DNA of 12,111 nucleotides from positions 1 to 12,111 of the forward strand of contig BTUM01000138.1 in the NCBI GenBank assembly GCA_045863235.1, in the 5' to 3' direction. The notes beneath the pieces are model-generated. The model was given only the letters and a program-made list of their open reading frames with translations, was not told where the DNA came from and did no database searches. Below are positions 1 through 7,683 of this stretch, piece by piece; position 1 is the stretch's first letter, and each line of letters starts with the position of its first letter. The position numbers and the translations under genes are program-made. Source of the DNA: Candidatus Xenobia bacterium. GTDB taxonomy: Bacteria > Vulcanimicrobiota > Xenobia > Xenobiales > QWHO01.

Positions 1-106
1 CATGATCCGCTTCCGAGCAGGATCACGACGAAAGCCTGTTCCCTGATCCATCCGAGGGCGGATCATGATCCGCTTCCGAGCAGGATCACGACGAAAGCCT
101 GTTCCC
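1..106. repeat. Direct repeat, 63 bp period, palindrome-rich (REP-like), truncated by the window start
   Basis: Identical 43-mer CATGATCCGCTTCCGAGCAGGATCACGACGAAAGCCTGTTCCC at 1-43 and 64-106. Three TGATCC...GGATCA hairpins (3-25, 44-65, 66-88). Perfect 16 bp palindrome GCGGATCATGATCCGC at 58-73. Confidence 0.85.
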
Positions 107-164
107 CCGAGAGCCGTGGGCGTCAGGGGGAGGAGCGGTCCGTCAGCCGGTTGAAGCTGGCGCG

Positions 165-500
165 GTGATCATCAAGGCCGGGTTTCTCTCCTCGATTCTG
201 CTCTACGGGGTGGTGGGCTGGCTCATCTCCAGCCAGGCCGCCGAGGCTTCCGGGCTGCCCGAGCAGACCCGTCACAGCTTGAGCCTGGCGCTGGGGGCCG
301 TGTTCGTCTTCCAGGCCATGTTCGCCGCCCTCTTCTTGCCGCGCCTGATGCGCAATCGGAGCAACCTGGCCCTGGTGCAGATGGCCGTTTACGAGGCCGG
401 CGCCCTGATGGGGCTGGTGCTCACTCTGCTCACGCACGATCCCATCTATACCGCCTACTTCGGCGTGCCCGCCTTCATCCTGATTCTGCTGACTCGCTAG
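165..500 (+). CDS. Small integral membrane hypothetical protein (111 aa, about 4 TM helices)
   Basis: Four hydrophobic stretches (AGFLSSILLYGVVGWLI, LSLALGAVFVFQAMFAALFL, LALVQMAVYEAGALMGLVLTLL, IYTAYFGVPAFILILL). GC3-rich codons, GTG start. Confidence 0.8.
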   Translation: MIIKAGFLSSILLYGVVGWLISSQAAEASGLPEQTRHSLSLALGAVFVFQAMFAALFLPRLMRNRSNLALVQMAVYEAGALMGLVLTLLTHDPIYTAYFGVPAFILILLTR

Positions 501-546
501 AGACGCACGGCGGACGCGACGAAGCGCGCCCCCGTGCGCTCTGGGA

Positions 547-1323
547 TCAGGCCTCCGGTACCGCCTCCACCGCCTGCTCGAGCAGGGTGCGCGGCACAGC
601 GCCGGTCCGATTCTCCATCACCTGCAGGCGCGAGCGAACCGACAGGTCGGTCTCGATCCACCAGCTTCCGAAGAAGACGCGGCTCTGGTCGGGAGAGAGC
701 CTCGGACCGAAGCGCATCTGTCCGTCGGGAGGCAACAGGGTCCTATCCTGGTGGGTGTCCAGGTCGCGCAGAAAGATGCCTCCGTGGCGGCAGTAAACGA
801 CCTGGCGGCCATCGGGCGAGAGGCTGAAGTCCTCGAACGCGCCCCGGGTCAGGTCCACCCCCTCGCCCGTGTCCGGGTCAAAGCGCAGCAATCCCTGGTC
901 GGTCAGCAGCACCAGCCCCGTGGGCGAGCTCTCCAGGGGACCAGCCAGCGGGGCGGGGACCTCCACCCGCTGGGCCCGCCCGCCCGGCTTCTTCAGGCGA
1001 AACAGCTCCCCCTCGCTGGTATAGAACAGCTCGCCCGAGGAGCCAAGCAGGAAGTCGTCCATCTCATCGCGGGTCCAGACCGTGCCCAGCTGGCCGGGTC
1101 GCTTCTCGATCAGCATCGAATCCATGCGAAAGAGCGGTGTGGCCGCGGCCGACCAGCCGGGCGAGCGCTCGTCGGCGGTCTGGTAGGTCGAGAGAGGCTG
1201 CAAGGAGTCGAAGCGGTCGTGGGCCGGGGTCTCGCCCTGACGGTAGCTTCCCAGGTAGACATCCCCGATGGGATTGTAGGGGTGTTGCTGGCGGGTGACC
1301 AGGATCGGGTAGACTGTGGACAT
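547..1323 (-). CDS. TolB-like / PD40 beta-propeller domain protein (258 aa)
   Basis: PD40-type motifs FSLSPDGRQVVY and PRLSPDQSRVFF in a beta-rich C-terminal half. Shine-Dalgarno GGAGGT 4 nt before the ATG. No clear signal peptide. Confidence 0.75.
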   Translation of the reverse strand: MSTVYPILVTRQQHPYNPIGDVYLGSYRQGETPAHDRFDSLQPLSTYQTADERSPGWSAAATPLFRMDSMLIEKRPGQLGTVWTRDEMDDFLLGSSGELFYTSEGELFRLKKPGGRAQRVEVPAPLAGPLESSPTGLVLLTDQGLLRFDPDTGEGVDLTRGAFEDFSLSPDGRQVVYCRHGGIFLRDLDTHQDRTLLPPDGQMRFGPRLSPDQSRVFFGSWWIETDLSVRSRLQVMENRTGAVPRTLLEQAVEAVPEA

Positions 1324-1394
1324 TCGTACCTCCGTTGGTTGGGATACGACCAGACTAGCTCGAAGGGGCAGCGCCCCTCTGTCTTGCAGGTTGC

Positions 1395-1445
1395 CGCAAA
1401 GTAGCCATTTTCTGAATTCTGTGTTGAATTTTTATGAACACGAGG
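1395..1445. promoter_or_regulatory. AT-rich divergent promoter/operator region
   Basis: Strongly AT-rich tract in a GC-rich window, between divergent starts at 1323 (-) and 1480 (+). TGAATT at 1413 and 1425, TGAAC at 1435. Inverted repeat AATTC-N6-GAATT at 1415-1430. Confidence 0.5.
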
Positions 1446-1479
1446 GGGCAGGTGCGACTCCAGCGAATCGAGCTGAGCT

Positions 1480-2274
1480 GTGGCCAGACGAGGACTCACG
1501 CTTCCCCAACTGGTGATGACCGTGGCTCTCTCCGCGGTCATCCTGCTCTTCGTCCTCACCCAGGCCCATCATCACCAGCATCCCGGCTCCCACTCGGGCT
1601 CGCAGGCCCTGCTCTGCCTGGTGGGGCTGGTGCTCGTGGCCCTCTTTCTGGCCGGGAAGGCCGCGCTGGCAGTCAGCAGAACCCGGGACCTCGAGCGCCT
1701 GGCAGGTTCGCTGGGAGCGAGCTTTCAGGCCGATCCGCGCGAGTCTCCCCTCTCCCCCGACGCTCAGGAGCTGCAGCTTTTCCGACTGGGCATTCTTCCC
1801 CGGCTGGAGAACCTCTTGAGCCTGAGTGCCACCTCGGACCCTGTCGTGAGTTGTTTTGATTATAGCTACGTCCTGCGCAACGAGCTCGGTCCCAACCCGC
1901 GGACAGGGGCTCCCGTCGATAACCGCCTGGCCCAGACTGTGGTGGCGCTACGCTGGAGCGGCACTCGCTGGCCGTCCCTGAAGGTGGCAGGGAGAGCCTG
2001 GCTGGGAGAGCCGGCCGGGTCACAAAAGGAAATCTCCCTGGAGGACGCACCCGACTTCAGTCGGCACTATCGGGTTTTCGCCGAGGATCAGGAACGCGCG
2101 CGCGAGGCCCTGTCGGCCGAGGCGCGGACCTTGCTCGAGCAGACCCCGGGCCTCACTGTCGAGGCGGGCGGAGACAGTTTGATCGTCTATCGGCCCTTCA
2201 AGCTCTGTCCCCCCGGCGAGGTCTCCGAGCTCATCCGCCTGGCAGAGCGCGTTGCGGCTGCTATGAAAGCCTGA
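1480..2274 (+). CDS. Membrane protein with a prepilin-like N-terminus, a second TM helix and a soluble C-terminal domain (264 aa)
   Basis: MARRG|LTLPQLVMTVALSAVILLFVL resembles the class III signal G|FTLIEL. It is followed by a His-rich linker HHHQHPGSH, a second hydrophobic helix ALLCLVGLVLVALFLAG and an alpha/beta domain. Confidence 0.75.
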   Translation: MARRGLTLPQLVMTVALSAVILLFVLTQAHHHQHPGSHSGSQALLCLVGLVLVALFLAGKAALAVSRTRDLERLAGSLGASFQADPRESPLSPDAQELQLFRLGILPRLENLLSLSATSDPVVSCFDYSYVLRNELGPNPRTGAPVDNRLAQTVVALRWSGTRWPSLKVAGRAWLGEPAGSQKEISLEDAPDFSRHYRVFAEDQERAREALSAEARTLLEQTPGLTVEAGGDSLIVYRPFKLCPPGEVSELIRLAERVAAAMKA

Positions 2275-2277
2275 GCC

Positions 2278-2748
2278 TCAGTCTTCGAAGGACGGCTCTG
2301 GGCGCGCTTCAATGGCGGCGATGTCGGCCAGGTCCTGGGGTCGCCCGACGGCCCGCTTGTTGCGCAGGAGGTCTTCACGGGCGATCAATGGGATGCTCAA
2401 GCCCGGCTCGATTTGAAAGCGTTTGGCGCGGCCATAGCAGGGGTCAAACTCCAGGCCCTTCAGCTCGGTCAGAAGGTCGACTCGATTGGGCTCGTAACCC
2501 AGCTGGATGATGGTATCAGGGCTCGCAAAATCTTGCACCGTCAGCCCCAGGTTTCCAAAGCCAAACTCCTGCAGGGCGCTGATGATTCGCTGACCGTTGC
2601 TGGGGGAGGCTCGAACCCAGATGTCGAGGTCCTTAGTATAGCGCGGCATCGCATAGACCGAGGTGGCGTAACCGCCGACCACCAGAAACTCGACCCCGTG
2701 CCTGTCCAGGCAGTCGAGCAGGTCGGCGAAGTCACGCCCCAGCTTCAT
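2278..2748 (-). CDS. Small nucleotidyltransferase (Pol-beta superfamily, DUF6036/AbiEii-like), 156 aa
   Basis: VEFLVVGGYA (GG motif), PRYTKDLDIWV (DxD), RVDLLT (third Asp) and C-terminal LLRNKRAVGRPQDLADI, the motif set typical of small stand-alone NTases. Confidence 0.85.
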   Translation of the reverse strand: MKLGRDFADLLDCLDRHGVEFLVVGGYATSVYAMPRYTKDLDIWVRASPSNGQRIISALQEFGFGNLGLTVQDFASPDTIIQLGYEPNRVDLLTELKGLEFDPCYGRAKRFQIEPGLSIPLIAREDLLRNKRAVGRPQDLADIAAIEARPEPSFED

Positions 2749-2965
2749 CCGAAAGACGGCCCACTCTGACGACTTTCTTGACCATCGGCTGATCGGGATC
2801 GCCGGTCCAGCTGGGAAACATCCGCCGCAGCTGCTCCACTTCCGCGAACGCCTCGGCCGGACTCAAGAGTTGGGGGGGCTCTTGGAGCTCGGAGAGGCGA
2901 CTGACCCGGGCCACGCGGGCGATTTGCCGTTCCACCCTGGATTCTTTCGACTCCTCGAGTGTCAT
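2732..2965 (-). CDS. Small partner protein of the nucleotidyltransferase (77 aa, putative antitoxin-like)
   Basis: C-terminal part of track ORF 2732..3121. The ATG at 2965 overlaps the upstream stop (ATGA, 2962-2965) and the ORF overlaps the NTase start by 17 nt. LSPAEAFAEVEQLRR...PMVKKVVRV resembles small proteins I recall upstream of such NTases. Alternative GTG start at 2935. Confidence 0.7.
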   Translation of the reverse strand: MTLEESKESRVERQIARVARVSRLSELQEPPQLLSPAEAFAEVEQLRRMFPSWTGDPDQPMVKKVVRVGRLSDEAGA

Positions 2966-3465
2966 CCCTGGGATTGAGGGCTCAGAAAGCCCTCCGCCCG
3001 AAGCCGGCTCACAAGCTCGGGCGGCTCGTCCTCGAGCCACTGGATGCAGCACTCCGGGTTGACCGCAAGGCCCACCTCGGCCAGCTCGAGCATCTCGGGG
3101 GCGATCCAGACAACCAGACACTCTTGGAGGCCCAGGTTAGGCAGGAAATCCACCCAGGTATCCCAGGGCGGGACGTTGTCGTCATCGAAGAACCCGTCCG
3201 TGCTGACCCTGGCGGCACCATCGAACAGGTTCTGATCCGGGAAGTAGAGCAACAACCTTCCCCCCTCCAGCCCCGAGGCGGGCGGCACATCTCGTCGCAA
3301 AGCGATGTGGCGGTTGGAAGCGACATTTCGTACGGTCTCGGCGCGATCACCGCACAGCAGGCCGGGCCGCAACCTGGGCCACCAGTACTGAGCTGCGGGG
3401 CGCCCGCTGCACCAGGCGATGGTCTCGCCCAGCCGCTTTCGGAAAGTCTCCCAGTCAAGCCCCAT
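2962..3465 (-). CDS. Hypothetical protein (167 aa)
   Basis: Globular-looking sequence with an acidic/aromatic motif (GRLLLYFPDQNLFDGAA...GFFDDDNVPPWDTWV...NPECCIQWL). Overlaps the glcF end by 11 nt and the downstream start by 4 nt. Confidence 0.8.
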   Translation of the reverse strand: MGLDWETFRKRLGETIAWCSGRPAAQYWWPRLRPGLLCGDRAETVRNVASNRHIALRRDVPPASGLEGGRLLLYFPDQNLFDGAARVSTDGFFDDDNVPPWDTWVDFLPNLGLQECLVVWIAPEMLELAEVGLAVNPECCIQWLEDEPPELVSRLRAEGFLSPQSQG

Positions 3466-4681
3466 AGGCCCGCGCCAACAACACCATGGGATGCTCGGCC
3501 TCCACGCGTGAACCGCGCAGTTTCAGCCCCTGGCGGATCTGCAGCAGGCAGCCCGGGTTGGCCACCCCCACCACCTCGGCCCCGGTGGACTCGATGGCAT
3601 CGAGCTTGTCGCCCAGCAGCTCGTCGGCCGTGGTCGGGTGGGTCAGATTGTAGACCCCGGCGCTGCCGCAGCAGCGGTCGGCCCGGGGCAGCTCGACGAA
3701 CTCGGCCGCCAGGCCGCGCATGATCTCGCGGGGAGGGGTCACCACCCCCTGGCCGTGGGCCAGGTGGCAGGCGTCGTGATAGGTGAAGCGTCCCGGCAAG
3801 GCTCGCGCAGGCCGCTGCCATCCCAGCTCGACGAGCAGCTCGTGCACGTCGCGCACCTTCAGTCCCTCGCAATGGTGCTTCATCGAGGCCCCGCACCCGG
3901 CCGAGTTGACGGCCACCAGCTCGCAGCCCCGGAAGGCCTTTCCCAGGCGAGCGGCCAGCTTGCGGGCCGTGGGCAGCTGGCCGGCGTGGGCGTGCAGGGC
4001 TCCGCAGCAGCCCTGCGAGGGGGGCACCACCACCGTGCAGCCGTTGCGCCGCAAGACCTCGACCGTGGCCCGGTTCTCCTCCACGAAGAGCACGTCCATC
4101 ACGCAGCCGAGCAGCATGCCCACCTTCACTCGCTCCGGACCGTAAGCAGGATGCTCGCCCGCCAGAGTGTCATACGAGCTCTGAAAGGGCATCGGCGGCA
4201 GCATGCCCTCGGCTTTCGCCAGGCGCAGGGCCCGCAACAGGCCGCTGGAGCGAACTGCCCACGCCAGGCCGCTCTTCTGGTAGAGCCACAGCAAGCGGGC
4301 CAGCACCCGCAGCCGTCCCGGTCCTTCGAACAGCTGGAAGGGGAGCTTCTGCCACCAGACCAGGCGACGGCGGGCCAGCTGATCGCGCCCGGCCTCGAGC
4401 AGCGAGCCATAATCCACCCCGGCCGGGCAGGCCGTGGTGCAGGCCAGGCAGCCCAGGCAGAAGTCGAGCTCTTGCGCGAGCACGCTCGAATCGATCCCCA
4501 TGTCGCCTTCCGAGACCGCCCGCATCAAAGCGATGCGACCTCGCGGCGAGGAGCGCTCGCGGCCGGTGAGCTGGTAGGTGGGGCAGGCGGGCAGGCACAT
4601 GCCGCAGCGCATGCAGTTGAGCAGCTCGTCGGGCGGGGGAGCATCTTGCGGCTGCCAGTTGCCCTCCGGGCGCAGGTTCAT
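3455..4681 (-). CDS. glcF: Glycolate oxidase iron-sulfur subunit (GlcF family Fe-S oxidoreductase)
   Basis: Two 4Fe-4S motifs (CMRCGMCLPACP, CLGCLACTTACP), SPRGRI motif, two CCG domains (GCCGALHAHAG, CCGSAGVY), YHDACHL and ANPGC. ATGA overlap with glcD. Confidence 0.93.
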   Translation of the reverse strand: MNLRPEGNWQPQDAPPPDELLNCMRCGMCLPACPTYQLTGRERSSPRGRIALMRAVSEGDMGIDSSVLAQELDFCLGCLACTTACPAGVDYGSLLEAGRDQLARRRLVWWQKLPFQLFEGPGRLRVLARLLWLYQKSGLAWAVRSSGLLRALRLAKAEGMLPPMPFQSSYDTLAGEHPAYGPERVKVGMLLGCVMDVLFVEENRATVEVLRRNGCTVVVPPSQGCCGALHAHAGQLPTARKLAARLGKAFRGCELVAVNSAGCGASMKHHCEGLKVRDVHELLVELGWQRPARALPGRFTYHDACHLAHGQGVVTPPREIMRGLAAEFVELPRADRCCGSAGVYNLTHPTTADELLGDKLDAIESTGAEVVGVANPGCLLQIRQGLKLRGSRVEAEHPMVLLARAYGA

Positions 4682-6084
4682 CGCACCGCCTCGCAGCGAG
4701 GGCGCGAGCTGAACATCTTGCCCGGGTTGAGCACCTGGCGCGGGTCCATCGACTCGCGAAAGCGGCGCATGGTCTCCAGGCCGTGCGGGCCCACCAGGCC
4801 CTCCATGAAGTCTTTCTTGAGCAGCCCCACCCCGTGCTCGCCCGTGATCGAGCCCCCCAGCTCCACGGCTTTCTCCACGATGCGCCGGAAGGCGCGGTGC
4901 ATGCGCTCCACCTCGTCCTGGTTGCGCTCGTCCATCAGGATAGTGGGGTGCAGATTGCCGTCGCCGGCGTGCCCGAACGTGCCGATCATGAGGTCTTCCT
5001 CGCGGGCCACCCGCTGCACGAACTCCACCATCTCCACCAGCCGGCTGCGCGGCACGCTGACGTCTTCGAGCACCGTGGTGGGGCGCAGGCGCGCCAGCGA
5101 GGGGAAGGCCAGACGGCGGGCCGAGGCCAGCTGCAGGGCCTCGGCCGGGGTGGCCGCCACCTGCACCGAGCGGGCCCCGTGCTTGCGTGCCAGCTCGGCC
5201 ATCTGCGCGCCTTCCTCCTCCACCACCGCCGGGTGGCCATCGGACTCCATCAGCAGCACCGCCTCGGCGTCGGTGGGCAGCCCGATGCTGGCCGCCTGCT
5301 CGACGCAGCGCAGGGTGACCTGGTCGAGGAACTCCAGCGTGGCCGGGATGATGCGGGCGGCGATGATGGCGGCCACGGTCTCGGCCGCCCCGGCCATGCG
5401 GTCATAGACCGCCAGCATGGTCTTCCTGGCTCTGGGCCTGGGCAGCAGGCGCACCAGGATCTTGGTGAACACCCCCAGCGTGCCCTCCGAGCCCACGAAC
5501 AGCTGGCGCAGGTTGTAGCCGGCTACGTCCTTGGCGTTCTTGCCCCCGGTCCACATGACCTCACCGGTGGGCAGCACGACCTCCAGGCCCATCACGTAGT
5601 CGCGGGTGACCCCGTACTTGAGCCCCCGCAGTCCGCCAGCGTTCTCGGCCACGTTACCGCCCAGCGTGCACACCTTCATGCTGCCCGGGTCGGGCGGGTA
5701 GAAAAGATCCACCGCTTCGACGGCGGCGTGCAGGTTGGCGGTGATCACGCCCGGCTCGACAGTGGCGGTAAGGTTCTCCTGGTCGATCTCGAGCACGCGG
5801 TTCATGGGCAGGGTGCACAGCACGACGCAATCGTCCACCGGCACCGCTCCCCCTGACAGGCCCGTGCCCGAGCCGCGGGGCACGACCTTGAAGCCCACCT
5901 CGTTGGCCAGGCGCAGCACTGCGGCCACGTGCTCGGTGCTGTGGGCCATCACCACGGCCTTGGGCTCGTGTCGCATCAGGGCGGTGCCGTCGTAGGCGTA
6001 GGCCAGGCATTCGTCGCGCTCGGTGATCAGGTTGGGGGGTCCCACCAGCTCGCGCAGGCGGTCGGTAACGGAGGAAGTGAGCAC
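4678..6084 (-). CDS. glcD: FAD-linked 2-hydroxy-acid oxidase subunit (GlcD, glycolate/D-lactate dehydrogenase family)
   Basis: PRGSGTGLSGGA, FYPPDPGS, TLGGNVAENAGG, GSEGTLG, GHAGDGNLHP, GEHGVG and LNPGK motifs of the FAD_binding_4 plus FAD-oxidase_C family. Adjacent to glcF. The exact substrate cannot be read from sequence. Confidence 0.93.
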   Translation of the reverse strand: MLTSSVTDRLRELVGPPNLITERDECLAYAYDGTALMRHEPKAVVMAHSTEHVAAVLRLANEVGFKVVPRGSGTGLSGGAVPVDDCVVLCTLPMNRVLEIDQENLTATVEPGVITANLHAAVEAVDLFYPPDPGSMKVCTLGGNVAENAGGLRGLKYGVTRDYVMGLEVVLPTGEVMWTGGKNAKDVAGYNLRQLFVGSEGTLGVFTKILVRLLPRPRARKTMLAVYDRMAGAAETVAAIIAARIIPATLEFLDQVTLRCVEQAASIGLPTDAEAVLLMESDGHPAVVEEEGAQMAELARKHGARSVQVAATPAEALQLASARRLAFPSLARLRPTTVLEDVSVPRSRLVEMVEFVQRVAREEDLMIGTFGHAGDGNLHPTILMDERNQDEVERMHRAFRRIVEKAVELGGSITGEHGVGLLKKDFMEGLVGPHGLETMRRFRESMDPRQVLNPGKMFSSRPRCEAVR

Positions 6085-6101
6085 GGGCCCAGGCTTCGCT
6101 A

Positions 6102-6158
6102 CCGGGAGGATTCTCCTCTCGGGTTGACCGGAGGGTGTTTGCGCGGTAAATCAAGACC
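6102..6158. promoter_or_regulatory. Compact divergent control region: inverted repeat plus a possible sigma70-type promoter for the 6159 gene
   Basis: Imperfect inverted repeat CCGGGAGGA-TTC-TCCTCTCGG at 6102-6122. TTGACC (6124-6129), 17 nt, then a weak -10 TAAATC (6147-6152) on the + strand. Confidence 0.35.
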
Positions 6159-7229
6159 ATGGCCCAGACCATCGAAGGCGGAGGAAGCTCCAGCGCACCC
6201 ACCCGGTCGACCGCTGCCAGGACCAGGTCCTCCCCGGCCCCGTCGACGGGCTCATCCACTCCATCGGGTTCTTCCAGCCCGACCGAGCGGCTGACCGAGG
6301 GTGTCAAGAAGCTGAACGAGCCGGCCTCGCGTCGTTTCACCGACCCGGAGACCAGGGTCGAGCCGGTGCCGCTGACCTCTCATGGCGAGCCTCCCGAGAT
6401 CGGTGCGACCGGAGTACTGAATGATACCGTGAAGATCGATACGGCTCCCCCACCCGTGGCCGAGCTGGATCCGGAGCAACAGAAGCTGCGCGAGGAGCTG
6501 GCTGCCAAGCTCGACAGCGACCCCGAGTTCCAGAAGCTGGCCGCGACCGACTCCGAGGCTGCGCTCGAGTTCTTGTTCGGCGAGGGGAATGAGAATGTCG
6601 ACCTGAGTGCTCTGGGCACGGATGCGCGAACCCGGATGGAGTTCGTGCTCGACTATACCTCCAGCGACCCCGAGAAGCCGGTTCACTTTGCCAAGGACTT
6701 CAATGACTCCGGATTCCACGAGGGTTTCCAGGATAGCCCCATCTGGGGGGCAGCCTCGGGAAACCAGGTCGGGCACTTTCTGACCGCGGTGGACATCGGG
6801 ATGGAGCACACTGGCGCCTACCCCAAACCGCTGGAGCTGGCGGCGGCCATCGGCCACGAGAAGTGGGGAGATGACCGGGGGGCCAATCCGGAGGTCTTCC
6901 AGGGATTGGCCGGCCTGAATCCCAAAGACCAGATGCTGTTCCAGTTGGGAGTGGGCGCCGTGCGCGATCCGGAGCGGACTCCGGCTGAGAAGTATGCCGC
7001 CGTGGCGGCCACGAGCCAGGCCATCCTGCCCGACTTGCCCGGCGAGCATTGGACTCCCAACGGCTGGGACCAGTTCTGGCGCCGGGGGAACAGTCAGCAA
7101 GACCTGCGCTTGACGACCTACGGGGTGGCCCTGGGCGAGATGATCAACGCCGGCGAGATCAAGACGACCGATGAGGTGGCCGCCTTCTTGCAGCAGAACC
7201 TCTCCTCCCAGGCCGAGCTGACCCCCTAG
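6159..7229 (+). CDS. Hypothetical protein with a disordered S/T/P-rich N-terminus and a putative toxin-like C-terminal domain (356 aa)
   Basis: Long ORF with good codon bias. The first ~100 aa are low-complexity. The C-terminal domain carries DSGFHEGFQD, NQVGHFLTAV, IGHEK and GNSQQDLRL. Function is inferred only. Confidence 0.8.
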   Translation: MAQTIEGGGSSSAPTRSTAARTRSSPAPSTGSSTPSGSSSPTERLTEGVKKLNEPASRRFTDPETRVEPVPLTSHGEPPEIGATGVLNDTVKIDTAPPPVAELDPEQQKLREELAAKLDSDPEFQKLAATDSEAALEFLFGEGNENVDLSALGTDARTRMEFVLDYTSSDPEKPVHFAKDFNDSGFHEGFQDSPIWGAASGNQVGHFLTAVDIGMEHTGAYPKPLELAAAIGHEKWGDDRGANPEVFQGLAGLNPKDQMLFQLGVGAVRDPERTPAEKYAAVAATSQAILPDLPGEHWTPNGWDQFWRRGNSQQDLRLTTYGVALGEMINAGEIKTTDEVAAFLQQNLSSQAELTP

Positions 7230-7231
7230 CC

Positions 7232-7627
7232 TTGGACCGGCTGCGCCAGGCTCAAAGGGCCCTCGAGGACCGCAGCACCTTTGCCGCCAATGAGGAGCTG
7301 GAGGTGGAGGTGGTCGAGCAGGGCCGCTCAGCCGTTTCCGAGCAGCTTCAACGCATCGCCGTGCTGTGGGATCAGGGCCGCCTGAGCCAGGATGCGCTCG
7401 GCGAACTGGCCGCGGAGGTTCTGGTCTACCTGAGCGAGCAGCGGGAGCAGTTCCTGGCCTGGCGCGCGGTGGGGGCGCCCGGCCGGGAGACCGACCTGGT
7501 GCTGGCCGGTCTGTCCCTGATGGAGGAGGCCGCTCTGGCTCTCGGGATGCATTCGTGGGAGGAGCTGAGAGCAGTGGTGGAGAGCGGGGAAGAGCAGTTT
7601 CGAAGGGCCCGGGCGGCTCTTGTCTAA
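7232..7627 (+). CDS. Acidic alpha-helical hypothetical protein (131 aa)
   Basis: TTG start 2 nt after the upstream stop. E/L/A-rich amphipathic helices, GC3-rich codons. Confidence 0.7.
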   Translation: MDRLRQAQRALEDRSTFAANEELEVEVVEQGRSAVSEQLQRIAVLWDQGRLSQDALGELAAEVLVYLSEQREQFLAWRAVGAPGRETDLVLAGLSLMEEAALALGMHSWEELRAVVESGEEQFRRARAALV

Positions 7628-7683
7628 TCGGAGCACGGCCCCTTTGGCAAGGTGCCAGTGCCGCCTGCCTCGAACCTCTCTCG

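Noticed and set aside
1..106. End of a CRISPR array (43 bp repeat, 20 bp spacer)
   Set aside because: The linker is short and is itself a variant of the repeat hairpin, and only two copies are visible. The left context is missing, so this is not fully excluded.
3638..5856. Long + strand ORFs (589 aa and 357 aa)
   Set aside because: Antisense shadows of glcF and glcD, expected in high-GC DNA, with no protein-like motifs.
7366..7683. N-terminal extension of ORF 7366..8196; likewise 2966-3121 of ORF 2732..3121
   Set aside because: Gly/Arg-rich off-frame translation overlapping neighbouring real genes. Internal ATGs (7684, 2965) fit better.
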